NCBI GenBank assembly: GCA_029261895.1
Contig: JAJDAK010000064.1
Span: forward strand, 18,582-82,581
Reading direction: 5' to 3'
Length of the DNA stretch: 64,000 nucleotides
Source: Deltaproteobacteria bacterium
Lineage (GTDB): Bacteria; Myxococcota_A; UBA9160; SZUA-336
The notes beneath the pieces are model-generated. The model made no database searches. It was not told where the DNA came from and saw only the letters and a list, made by a program, of their open reading frames with translations. Made by a program: the position numbers and the translations under genes. Below are positions 18,548 through 27,534 of this stretch, piece by piece (the stretch's first letter is position 1; each line of letters opens with the position of its first letter).

Positions 18548-18576
18548 CGCAGGTTCGAACCCTGCCTGGGTCACCA
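18548..18576 (+). repeat. 29-bp direct repeat identical to the 3-prime end of tRNA-Arg (6937-6965). Putative att-type island boundary.
   Basis: cgcaggttcgaaccctgcctgggtcacca occurs at both sites in the same orientation. The second copy has no D-arm or anticodon arm upstream. Confidence 0.7.
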
Positions 18577-18592
18577 CCTTGAAAGGTACGCC

Positions 18593-18886
18593 GTGTCGGA
18601 AGGATCAAAGCCAGCCAAAATAAACGTCAATATCGAGGACGAAATCGCGCAGGGCATGTACATCAACTTAGCGATGGTGCGTCATGCCGAAGCCGAATTC
18701 ATCATCGACTTGATGTACCTGCAACCGCAGCAACCCTCCGCGCGCGTGCGCGCGCGTGTTATTTCGAGTCCGAAGCACACCAAGCGTCTGATGTTGGCGC
18801 TGCAAGAAAATGTAAAACGCTTTGAAGAAAGATTTGGCGAGATCGAAGTTTCTGGTCCGAATCCGGCAGACGAACTCCTGCACTGA
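18593..18886 (+). CDS. Small conserved hypothetical protein (DUF3467-like)
   Basis: 97 aa (KINVNIEDEIAQGMYINLAMVRHAEAEFIIDL). No catalytic motifs. Confidence 0.5.
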   Translation: MSEGSKPAKINVNIEDEIAQGMYINLAMVRHAEAEFIIDLMYLQPQQPSARVRARVISSPKHTKRLMLALQENVKRFEERFGEIEVSGPNPADELLH

Positions 18887-19920
18887 TGCAACCAGCGCCT
18901 CCGCCACCACCGCTCCCCGGTCCGCTCGAACTTTCGAGTGAAAGCAGCGGGCCAAGTTGGCTCGTCGGTTGTGCAATCGGCTGCGGCACCATTCTGCTGG
19001 TTGGGCTGTTGTTGCTGGCGGGCTTCGCCTATTGGTTATTTACTACAGGTGATCAGCAACCGACACTGCGCATTGTCCAAGCCAATTCGCTGGGACATGC
19101 ACACGTTGCAGACCTTGCTGAAGACAAAGAGTTTCGCGAGATGGTCGAGCTCTTGGCAGTCGAGTTTAAAAAGACGCAGGGGCAGTCGGGCGTCGGATTT
19201 TCTCAAGGCGGGTCGAGCGATCGTTACTTGGTTCCTCGCGACGCGACATTCGCGTTGGATCGCAATGCGGAAGGTCAACTCGAGTTGATCCACGCGATCA
19301 ACCTGAAAATGTTTACCCGCGTAATTTCGTTCTATTTGAAAGTAGTCGCGCAAGGAGAACAGGCGGAGCGACCCGAGGTTACGGAAGAAAACGGTGATCA
19401 GATCTACTTCGGTGGCCTACTCGGTGAGCTGGCCATTGGACTGCACGAAGGCACAATCGTGCTCGCGAGTAGCGTCGATGCCGCGCGACGCGGTCTGATC
19501 CGATTGACCGATCCCACGCAAGCGATCGTGATCGACCCCCCTGCTGATCCTTGGGATGCCAGTGGTGCGCTCACGATCCAACCACAGGTCAGCGAGTGGT
19601 TGAAGGGTATTGGGTTGCAGGAGGCTGCACTTCGAGGCGCCGAAAGAATGGACGCCAATCTCGATATAGCCTCGACCGATCAGCTGACCGTGGAGCTCAG
19701 GATTCAGTATTTGGGTCCCACAGAAGCGGTCGCGGCCCGTTCCCCGCTCGAAGCAGCAGTCGCCCGGCTAGGAACGCGCCTCCAAGAATACGGATTTGCC
19801 CTCGACCATCAGGTTTCGATCGCCGGAAGTGAAGCAATAATACCCTTTAAAATTCAAGGGTTTAGGGCGAAAATTGCGAGCTGGGCGCAGCGTCTTGCGG
19901 ACCTCGCTGCACAGCGATAA
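18886..19920 (+). CDS. Membrane-anchored hypothetical protein (Pro-rich N-terminus, one TM helix)
   Basis: N-terminal PPPPPLPGP is followed by a hydrophobic stretch LVGLLLLAGFAYWLF. The start overlaps the upstream stop (TGATG). Confidence 0.5.
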   Translation: MQPAPPPPPLPGPLELSSESSGPSWLVGCAIGCGTILLVGLLLLAGFAYWLFTTGDQQPTLRIVQANSLGHAHVADLAEDKEFREMVELLAVEFKKTQGQSGVGFSQGGSSDRYLVPRDATFALDRNAEGQLELIHAINLKMFTRVISFYLKVVAQGEQAERPEVTEENGDQIYFGGLLGELAIGLHEGTIVLASSVDAARRGLIRLTDPTQAIVIDPPADPWDASGALTIQPQVSEWLKGIGLQEAALRGAERMDANLDIASTDQLTVELRIQYLGPTEAVAARSPLEAAVARLGTRLQEYGFALDHQVSIAGSEAIIPFKIQGFRAKIASWAQRLADLAAQR

Positions 19921-20115
19921 TTATTTTCGTCACCTCACGCGGTAATTGACGACTCCTCTATCAACGAATCCTGGTGCGCTTGGACCAGGTTTGGTCGAGA
20001 TTCACCAGCTTTTGCAGTGACTTAGTGCTGGGACTATTTGGCCTTTTGGGCTGAATATTCATTGCCGGATCGAACTGTGGCGTTTTAGTATGGTGAGTCG
20101 GGGTCGATTGGCCCC

Positions 20116-20814
20116 ATGAAGGAGGGATGGATGCGCTCTCGGAAGCTCACAAGTTGGGTAGTTGTTGCCGCTGTTGCGATGATGATGTCGTTGTCCACGA
20201 CGGCCGATGCGACCGCGATTTTAGGCGTTCAGGTCGGTGATTCATTCACGGTTGATAACGGTTCGGGACTCACCCTTTCGATGCAGTTTTTAGGTTTAGG
20301 CACGGGCACGCCTGCCGGCGGGCAGCAGGTGGGTGCAACCGCATTGCCAGGTGCGAGCGACCTGACTTTTCAGTTCGCACTCGAAGTGCTGACCGGTACG
20401 CTGACAAATCTGAGTGTAGGTGCTGTGCACTGCGCGCCGGGTCCGTTTAACGGAAACGCGCCGGGTGATTGTGGAACGTCGTTCCCTGCAGACTTCGGCC
20501 GTAGCTCGACGGGCGCTGGCACGGTTCCAGGTGCAGGTTCCGATGTGCAGGGTATTTCGGGTACCAGCTCGACACGTGTTTTTGAGTTCGGTTCTTTAAT
20601 TGCCGGAGCTAACTCTGACGCTTTCTTTTTGTCGTTCGCGCCGGGAGACCTTGGCTTCAACGGCAACACCTTCATCAATTTCGCCACAACCCCAAGCGGC
20701 AGTGCGGACCAGACGAGTATTCAGCTGGTCCCCGAGCCGTCGACCTGGGCTTTGCTCGGTCTTGGGTTGGGTGGCCTCGGTTTATCGGCGCGGCGAAGGA
20801 AGCGGCGCCCGTAA
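20116..20814 (+). CDS. PEP-CTERM sorting-domain secreted protein
   Basis: N-terminal signal peptide. The C-terminus is VPEPSTWALLGLGLGGLGLSARRRKRRP (PEP motif, TM helix, basic tail). Confidence 0.8.
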   Translation: MKEGWMRSRKLTSWVVVAAVAMMMSLSTTADATAILGVQVGDSFTVDNGSGLTLSMQFLGLGTGTPAGGQQVGATALPGASDLTFQFALEVLTGTLTNLSVGAVHCAPGPFNGNAPGDCGTSFPADFGRSSTGAGTVPGAGSDVQGISGTSSTRVFEFGSLIAGANSDAFFLSFAPGDLGFNGNTFINFATTPSGSADQTSIQLVPEPSTWALLGLGLGGLGLSARRRKRRP

Positions 20815-20963
20815 ATAGCCCTACGGGTCGAAAGACAGGGCGTTAGAGCTGAATGCTGGGGACGAACCAGAATCGGCCGATAGAAGCTATCGGCGAATAG
20901 AGTCGATTAGGGATAAGCCCATCGTCCCGGGCGCAGTCTCTAAGTTACGGAGGAACGCTGGCT

Positions 20964-22145
20964 ATGAAACCGAATCTTTTATCTTTGGCGGCTGTAGTGC
21001 TCGCCCTTTCTTTTGCGCCGACCGCATCGTTTGCGGTAATTGGCGACGTGGCATCGAGCGAGTGCAGCGTGGATATCGAGCTGGATCTCGGTATTCTCAA
21101 TGCGCTGGTTAACTGCGAAGTATTTTCCGGACCTTCACCAAACAACCCGATGCCGGTCGCTGGAAACTTCACCTACGTTTACACGGTGACCAATGATGCG
21201 AATTCAGATTTTAATCTTGAAGCATTCGCAGCGGACTTTGTCGACGGCGCAGTGACGAACGCGAGTCAGGTTGGCGCATTCGTGACGTCCGACGTCACAC
21301 CATCGGCGATCGATATCATCGATACGCCGACCGAAAAGGAAGTGCGTTGGCGTTTTGAAAGTCCGTCGGTCGCACCTGGTCAAATGGTGGAGCTTTTCAT
21401 CATTAGTGAATTCGCACCGGGTACGACGCAAATTACCGCGACCGGAGAGTTTGCTGTGCAGGGTTCGGGTGACGGTTGTCTTGGACCCGTCAATGATCCG
21501 CCCGCACCGTCAGAGATTCAGCTCCAGGGGCAGGCCGATACCTTTCTTCGTGCCGGTGTGCGCAACACCAACGAGGGGAAGAACGAGATCCTTCGACTGC
21601 GGTCGGATGGAAACAACCGGGTGTTGGTGAACTTCGACCTAAGTGAAGTTCCGCCCAGCGCCAGCTTGTCCCGTGCGACGTTGGTACTGCATATCAACGG
21701 CGAAAAGAGCCCGAGCAGCTGGGGCAAGGATTTTGACCGCACGGTAGAAGCTCATCTGCTGAACGAGCCTTTTGCGGAAGGAAACGGCAAGAATGCCGAA
21801 CTTCCAGGATCCCAGAAGACGCGCGGTAGCGGTGCCGCTGCAACCTGGAACTGCGGCATCGATACGGTGATCCAGGACCAGAACAGCGACTGCGCTACGA
21901 AATGGGCCGGTGGGAACTTCGCGCCCGCGACCGCGCCGCCCGTGGTTCATTTCAACGATCGCGCCGGGGATGTCGAATGGGATGTCACCGATGACATCGA
22001 AGCCGTGTTAGGCGGCGAGCCCTTCTACGGATTCCTGATCAAGAAGACGAATGAAGGCAAGGGCGGCAATGTTCGATATTTCAGTCGCGAGGGCGCGGCT
22101 GGAGACACCAGCAAGGAGCCACGGTTGATCCTCGAGTTCAACTAA
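20964..22145 (+). CDS. Secreted protein with a DNRLRE-like extracellular domain
   Basis: Signal peptide MKPNLLSLAAVVLALSFAPTASFA. Downstream is DTFLRAGVRNTNEGKNEILRLRSDGNNRVLVNFDLSEVP..ASLSRATLVLHI ... WDVTDDIEAVLGGEPFYGFLIKK. Family call from motif arrangement. Confidence 0.55.
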   Translation: MKPNLLSLAAVVLALSFAPTASFAVIGDVASSECSVDIELDLGILNALVNCEVFSGPSPNNPMPVAGNFTYVYTVTNDANSDFNLEAFAADFVDGAVTNASQVGAFVTSDVTPSAIDIIDTPTEKEVRWRFESPSVAPGQMVELFIISEFAPGTTQITATGEFAVQGSGDGCLGPVNDPPAPSEIQLQGQADTFLRAGVRNTNEGKNEILRLRSDGNNRVLVNFDLSEVPPSASLSRATLVLHINGEKSPSSWGKDFDRTVEAHLLNEPFAEGNGKNAELPGSQKTRGSGAAATWNCGIDTVIQDQNSDCATKWAGGNFAPATAPPVVHFNDRAGDVEWDVTDDIEAVLGGEPFYGFLIKKTNEGKGGNVRYFSREGAAGDTSKEPRLILEFN

Positions 22146-22164
22146 GCTCGAAACAGAGCTCATT

Positions 22165-22200
22165 TAAGGCCCCTTTCTGCGGAAAGGGGCCTTTTCTTTG
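22165..22200 (+). terminator. Rho-independent terminator
   Basis: AAGGCCCCTTTC-tgcg-GAAAGGGGCCTT followed by TTCTTTGT. Confidence 0.8.
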
Positions 22201-22243
22201 TGCTATCGTGGAATATGACGGACCGTCAGATAGGAGTTCCGCG

Positions 22244-23500
22244 ATGCGTACCGATGACATGATTCTCGTGAGTGTGGACGATCACGTCGTTGAGCCGCCC
22301 GACCTGTTTAAGCATCATCTCGCACCCGAGGAACTCGATCAGGCGCCAAAGGTCATTCGTCGCGATGATGGGAGTGACGTTTGGGTCTACGACGGCAAGC
22401 AAATCCCTAACATTGCGTTGAATGCTGTAGCGGGCCGGCCGCCGGATGAGTACGGGGTGGAGCCGACTTCCTTTGACGATATTCGCAAGGGTTGTTACGA
22501 CGTGCACGCGCGCATCGACGACATGAATGTAAACGGTGTTCTCGGTGCAATGTGCTTTCCTTCGTTTCCTCAGTTCTGCGGTCAGCTCTTTGCCACCTCG
22601 AGTGACCGCGAAACCGGTCTGCGTATGCTTCGTGCCTATAACGATTGGCATGTCGACGAATGGTGTGGCAGCTACCCGGGTCGTTTTATCCCGCTCACGT
22701 TGCCGCCGCTCTGGGATCCGCTGTTGATGGCTGAAGAGGTGCGGCGTGTGGCGAAGAAGGGTTGCCATGCGATCAGTTTTTCGGAAAATCCATCTAAGCT
22801 GGGCTATCCGAGTTTTCACAGCGATCACTGGGATCCATTTTTCGCCGCGTGTTCGGACGAAGGCACGATTCTTTGCCTGCACATCGGTTCATCTTCCCAT
22901 CTCATCATGACCGCACCCGATGCCCCGATTGACGCCATGATTACACTGCAACCGATCAATATCATTCAAGCTGCGACCGACCTGCTCTGGTCACCGGTAT
23001 TGCGCAAGTTTCCGACACTCAAGTTCGCAATGTCCGAAGGGGGAATCGGTTGGATCCCATACTTCTTGGAGCGAGTTGACTACGTCTACGACCATCACAG
23101 GCAATGGACTGGACAAGATTTCGGTACCCAACGACCGAGCGAGGTATTTCAAGATCGAATCATCACGTGCTTCATTGACGACAGAACTGGAATCGAACTT
23201 CGTGACCGTGTTGGAATCGACAACATCACTTGGGAATGTGACTACCCCCATTCTGATTCCACATGGCCGCATGCACCTGAGACACTCGCGAGTTCACTCA
23301 ACGGTGTCTCGGATGTACATATCAATCAGATCACGCATGAAAATGCCATGCGCCACTTCCGGTTGGATTCGTTTAGACATCGACCGCGTGAGAAATGTAC
23401 GGTCGGTGCCTTGCGCGCGGAAGCGAAGCACGTAGATGTCACGCCCCATAGTCGCGGTAAAAAGTCGGGCGACCCTATGTTGCCGTTCAGGACCAACTAG
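22244..23500 (+). CDS. Amidohydrolase-2 family (TIM-barrel metal-dependent hydrolase/decarboxylase-like) protein
   Basis: The ILVSVDDHVVEP N-terminus and overall length fit the amidohydrolase_2 fold. Start at MRTDDM with an AGGAG RBS. Confidence 0.65.
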   Translation: MRTDDMILVSVDDHVVEPPDLFKHHLAPEELDQAPKVIRRDDGSDVWVYDGKQIPNIALNAVAGRPPDEYGVEPTSFDDIRKGCYDVHARIDDMNVNGVLGAMCFPSFPQFCGQLFATSSDRETGLRMLRAYNDWHVDEWCGSYPGRFIPLTLPPLWDPLLMAEEVRRVAKKGCHAISFSENPSKLGYPSFHSDHWDPFFAACSDEGTILCLHIGSSSHLIMTAPDAPIDAMITLQPINIIQAATDLLWSPVLRKFPTLKFAMSEGGIGWIPYFLERVDYVYDHHRQWTGQDFGTQRPSEVFQDRIITCFIDDRTGIELRDRVGIDNITWECDYPHSDSTWPHAPETLASSLNGVSDVHINQITHENAMRHFRLDSFRHRPREKCTVGALRAEAKHVDVTPHSRGKKSGDPMLPFRTN

Positions 23501-23535
23501 CGCTGAGAGGCCAGTTGTCGTGATAGGATTTGAAT

Positions 23536-24687
23536 ATGGATCTTTCGTACACAGCGGATGAAGAAGCGTTTCGCTCGCGCGTTCGTAGCTTTCTGGATGA
23601 GAACTGTCCTGCGAAAGGCTTTGGCGAGATGTCGCTCGAGGAGGGTCGAGCGTGGCAGCAACGGCTCTTTCGTGCGGGTCTCTTGGGGGCAGCGTGGCCC
23701 AAAGAGCATGGGGGTGCGGGTCTCACCGAAATGGAACAAGCGATTCTCAATGAGGAATTCGCGCGCGCAAACGCACCGGGGGTGCCTGGGCAAATGGGAA
23801 TTTGGTGGGTCGGCCCAGCGATTCTGAAGCACGGCACAGCAGAACAGAAAGAGACTTGGGTTAGCCAGATTCTTTCTGGCGAGCATATTTGGGCAACGGG
23901 GTACTCCGAGCCTGCTGCGGGCAGTGACATGTTCAACACGCAGACCCGCGCAGAACCCGATGGTGATCATTACGTCGTGAATGGCCAAAAGGTCTGGACC
24001 ACTTTGGCACATCTTTCGAATTGGTTCTTCTGTCTGGTACGCGTTCCGCAGGAGAACCCCAAATCAAAATATGACGGCTTGACGGTCTTGCTCATCGAAA
24101 TGAATTCGCCCGGTCTCGAAGTGAAACCAATTCGACAAATTACCGGTGGCTCAGAATTCAATGAAGTGTTCATGACGGATGTTCGCGTGCCGATCTCGCA
24201 TCGCCTGGGTGCAGAGGGCGAGGGATGGAAGATTATTTCGGGTGCGTTGGTGAACGAGCGCAGCGGTATCGCATCAGGAATGCGTTTCGAACAATCACTT
24301 CATAAATTGGTTGGTATCGCGAAGCGCCGGCAGAAGGTCCAAGATCCGATTTGGCGCCAGCGGATTGCCGATCTTGCGATTTCTACTGCGATCAGCAAGT
24401 ACTCCGGGTATCGAAGCACATCAGATGGTATTGCCGGTAGGCTCAATCCTCATCTTTCGGCCGCGATGAAACTGCATGGCACAACGCTGTCTCAAAATTT
24501 TTCCTCCACCATTTCTGCGCTTCTAGGTGCGTACGGACAGCTTTATCAAAGCCATGCCGAGGTACCAGAAGCGCGTCAGGTTTCGGAGCGTCTTCTGGGG
24601 GAGCGCGCGATGACGATTGCCGGGGGTACCAGTGAGATTCAAAAGAATATTGTCGCGGAGCGAATTCTCGGTCTACCCCGGCGCTAA
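23536..24687 (+). CDS. Acyl-CoA dehydrogenase
   Basis: ACAD N, middle and C-terminal domains (YSEPAAGSD, GGTSEIQKNIVAE). Confidence 0.85.
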   Translation: MDLSYTADEEAFRSRVRSFLDENCPAKGFGEMSLEEGRAWQQRLFRAGLLGAAWPKEHGGAGLTEMEQAILNEEFARANAPGVPGQMGIWWVGPAILKHGTAEQKETWVSQILSGEHIWATGYSEPAAGSDMFNTQTRAEPDGDHYVVNGQKVWTTLAHLSNWFFCLVRVPQENPKSKYDGLTVLLIEMNSPGLEVKPIRQITGGSEFNEVFMTDVRVPISHRLGAEGEGWKIISGALVNERSGIASGMRFEQSLHKLVGIAKRRQKVQDPIWRQRIADLAISTAISKYSGYRSTSDGIAGRLNPHLSAAMKLHGTTLSQNFSSTISALLGAYGQLYQSHAEVPEARQVSERLLGERAMTIAGGTSEIQKNIVAERILGLPRR

Positions 24688-27453
24688 TATCTTTTTCTCT
24701 TCGAGGTAGCGGCCGATCATGTCGAGTAGTTGATCGCGGTCTACTGGTTTCGTGAGATAGTCATCACAGCCCGCTGACAGGCATCGTTCTCGGTCGCCCG
24801 CCAGCGCATGCGCGGTAAAGGCGATGATGGGACCCTCGAATCCGTGTTCGCGCAGCCAACGAGTTGCTTCGTAGCCATCCATCACGGGCATATCTATGTC
24901 CATAAGAATTAGGTCGAACGCAGCATCGATATCCTCTGCTGCGCAAACCGCATCCGTTGCGGCTTGGCCGTTCTCAGCGATTTCAACTTGAAAGCCCGCT
25001 TTCTTGAGCAGCATTCTTACCAGACGTTGATTGTCGATCCCGTCTTCGGCCACGAGAACTTTTCCTGAAAAGCGTCGCGTCACGGCGACGGTGGATTTAG
25101 TTTGGCCATCGATCAACCGCGCGGGTGGCGTTGCTGCAATGTTCGCTACATCGTCCAATGGCCCAGTGGGTAAGTACACCGTAAACGTGCTTCCGTTACT
25201 CGGAATACTGTGTACCCGAACCTCTCCGTTAAGTACGTCCAGAAGGCGTCTTGTGATCGCAAGCCCGAGCCCGGTTCCGCCGAATTGTCGTGTAGAAGAT
25301 GTATCGACTTGGACGAAGGGCTCAAAGATTCGAAGCAGTGCTTCTTCCGTCATCCCGACGCCTGTATCTACGACTTCGAATTGTAATTGAGGATTGGCGG
25401 TGTCGGCATCGATCGTCCGAATCCGTACTTGAACGCTCCCGCGTTCCGTGAACTTGATCGCATTGCCGATGACGTGCATGAGAATTTGCCGTAAGCGAAT
25501 CGGGTCGGTTTCAATCGTCTCAGGAATGAGGCCGATATACTCGACGTGAAAATCCAGCTGCTTGTTGACGGCTTTGCTCTGGAGTAGAAGTGTGACATCG
25601 TTCACGATGTCTACCGCGCGAACCTTGGTGAGTCCCAGTGATATTTGACCTGATTCGATCTGGGAAAGATCCAGAATGTCGTTGATAATCTGCAGAAGTT
25701 GGGCTCCGTTGCGATGGATCGCTTCGCGATAAGAGGCGCGGGCTTCAGGCGGCTCGTCGAGTTCTTCAATGAGGTTGACGTAGCCGAGGATTGCGTTCAT
25801 TGGTGTGCGGATCTCATGGCTCATGTTGGCAAGAAATTCACCCTTCGCACGGCTTGCGGCTTCTGCCAGATATTTCTCCCGGCGCAGCCCCTCGATCAAG
25901 CGTTGGTTTGACAGTGCCAGAGACAGTTGGGCGCCCACAGTGACGATGGTTCGAAGTTGGATATCGTCTAGGCGGGTTCTTTCTTTGCGCTCGACCACCA
26001 ATACGCCGACGGGTACGTCTGCTGCATAGAGCGGATTGTAGAGCGCGAAGCCACCGCGTTTCTCTCTTCCAGGAATATTACCTTGAAACTCGCAAATGGC
26101 GCGCTCTTTCAGCGTGGCGCGCGCGGTCTTCATATCGACGGTCCGCGTTTTCTCGGCGCGCGACCATTGAACGGGTTCGCGGGTGATGCGTCCATCTTCG
26201 TCCGCGATGGCCAAAGCGACCGAAGTCGCATCGACGACGTCTCCGAGAAGCGCCAAGCTGAGCTGAATTCCGTTCTGATCGGTTGGACCGACTGCGGTTT
26301 CTCCAACGCGAAACAATGTAGATAGGGAATGTTCGCGTTCGGTGAGTCCGTCGCGAAAGCGCGCGCGCACGGTTTCGGAACTCAGCACGTATTGCGCAGC
26401 GACTGCGACGAACGGTGCGACGGGATCGATCAAAATACCGAATACGATCGGAAACCCGATCGCGGAACTCGCGATCGTTACTAAAATACCCAGGAGCCCC
26501 AGCGCACGGTTCGCCTCAAAAACACCTGCAAACAACGCAACCAGCCCCGATAGTGCGAAGATGAGCGCGATTTGCAGCGGTATGGACTCGTCTTGAAAAC
26601 TGCTCTCGCCAGCGTGTTCTGCGAGCAGCGTTCGAGCGATCAATGCATGGATGTGCACGCCGGGCATGTTTTTTGAAATAGGTGTGGGCCACAAATCATG
26701 GTGTTCAGGCGTGGTAGAACCAACAAGGACGATGCGATCTTTTACAAGTGCATGGTCGAAGCTGTCGTCAATAACCTTATAGTACGGAATCGTCGGGATC
26801 GGCGGATTCCATCGACGATAGTCGATGGAAAGCTCGTGGTGCTTGTGTTCCTCCTGCAGTACCAAGTTGACCGACGCGTACGCGAGCAATGGCACGCGAA
26901 CGGCCCACATTTCTACGGTCCGTGGCGCGTGACGCACGACTCCGTCGTCATCTTGGAATACGTTTCCATTACCCAGTGCGGCTGCTGCTTCCATGAAATT
27001 CGGAGGTGGCATTACGGAGAACTCGACGGGTTCGTCGACGCCGTCAATCTGGCTGAACTGCCGGAATCCACCCAGGACAACATTGTTTGTTTCCTCGAGG
27101 GCTCGGACGAAGGTCTCATCGTCGGCCGCGTCCATTTCGGTTGCAAAGGCCACATCGAAACCAATGACCCTAGCGCCCGCACGATTTAGATTTCGTACGA
27201 GCTTCGCGTGTTGGCTGCGAGGAAAGGGCCATTCATGACCGATCTCGCGTGCACTTTGAGTATCAATCGCAACAACCGCGACATCTGGGTAGTTGTCGGG
27301 GTACGCGGGAGGGTACGTGGATGCGATTTTTGTCACCGCGTCGCGTACTACACGTTGCATCGGTGAAAACACGCCCAGTACTAGACCGGCACTGATCGTC
27401 ATCGCAACCAAGGTTGCGAGTGTAAGCGTGCGGATCCAGCGGGAGTCGGGCAT
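24673..27453 (-). CDS. Hybrid sensor histidine kinase with CHASE2 extracytoplasmic sensor, TM segments, HisKA, HATPase_c and a C-terminal receiver domain
   Basis: H-box SHEIRTPMNAI. G-boxes DTGVGM and GGTGLGL. Receiver LILMDIDMPVMDG. The N-terminal region has the CHASE2 pattern. The start is uncertain (TTG 27474 or ATG 27453). Confidence 0.8.
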   Translation of the reverse strand: MPDSRWIRTLTLATLVAMTISAGLVLGVFSPMQRVVRDAVTKIASTYPPAYPDNYPDVAVVAIDTQSAREIGHEWPFPRSQHAKLVRNLNRAGARVIGFDVAFATEMDAADDETFVRALEETNNVVLGGFRQFSQIDGVDEPVEFSVMPPPNFMEAAAALGNGNVFQDDDGVVRHAPRTVEMWAVRVPLLAYASVNLVLQEEHKHHELSIDYRRWNPPIPTIPYYKVIDDSFDHALVKDRIVLVGSTTPEHHDLWPTPISKNMPGVHIHALIARTLLAEHAGESSFQDESIPLQIALIFALSGLVALFAGVFEANRALGLLGILVTIASSAIGFPIVFGILIDPVAPFVAVAAQYVLSSETVRARFRDGLTEREHSLSTLFRVGETAVGPTDQNGIQLSLALLGDVVDATSVALAIADEDGRITREPVQWSRAEKTRTVDMKTARATLKERAICEFQGNIPGREKRGGFALYNPLYAADVPVGVLVVERKERTRLDDIQLRTIVTVGAQLSLALSNQRLIEGLRREKYLAEAASRAKGEFLANMSHEIRTPMNAILGYVNLIEELDEPPEARASYREAIHRNGAQLLQIINDILDLSQIESGQISLGLTKVRAVDIVNDVTLLLQSKAVNKQLDFHVEYIGLIPETIETDPIRLRQILMHVIGNAIKFTERGSVQVRIRTIDADTANPQLQFEVVDTGVGMTEEALLRIFEPFVQVDTSSTRQFGGTGLGLAITRRLLDVLNGEVRVHSIPSNGSTFTVYLPTGPLDDVANIAATPPARLIDGQTKSTVAVTRRFSGKVLVAEDGIDNQRLVRMLLKKAGFQVEIAENGQAATDAVCAAEDIDAAFDLILMDIDMPVMDGYEATRWLREHGFEGPIIAFTAHALAGDRERCLSAGCDDYLTKPVDRDQLLDMIGRYLEEKKILAPG

Positions 27454-27534
27454 GCCATACGCATCGGAATTCAAGCCTTTGGAGCTGTAGCTGCTTGCAA
27501 AGATCGCGTGGCGGCGTTGGCGTAGAAGAGGGCT

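Noticed and set aside
18548-18576. Possible second tRNA-Arg gene
   Set aside because: Only the T-arm and 3-prime acceptor strand are present. No 5-prime acceptor strand, D-arm or anticodon arm can be found upstream, so it is a 3-prime fragment (repeat) and not a gene.
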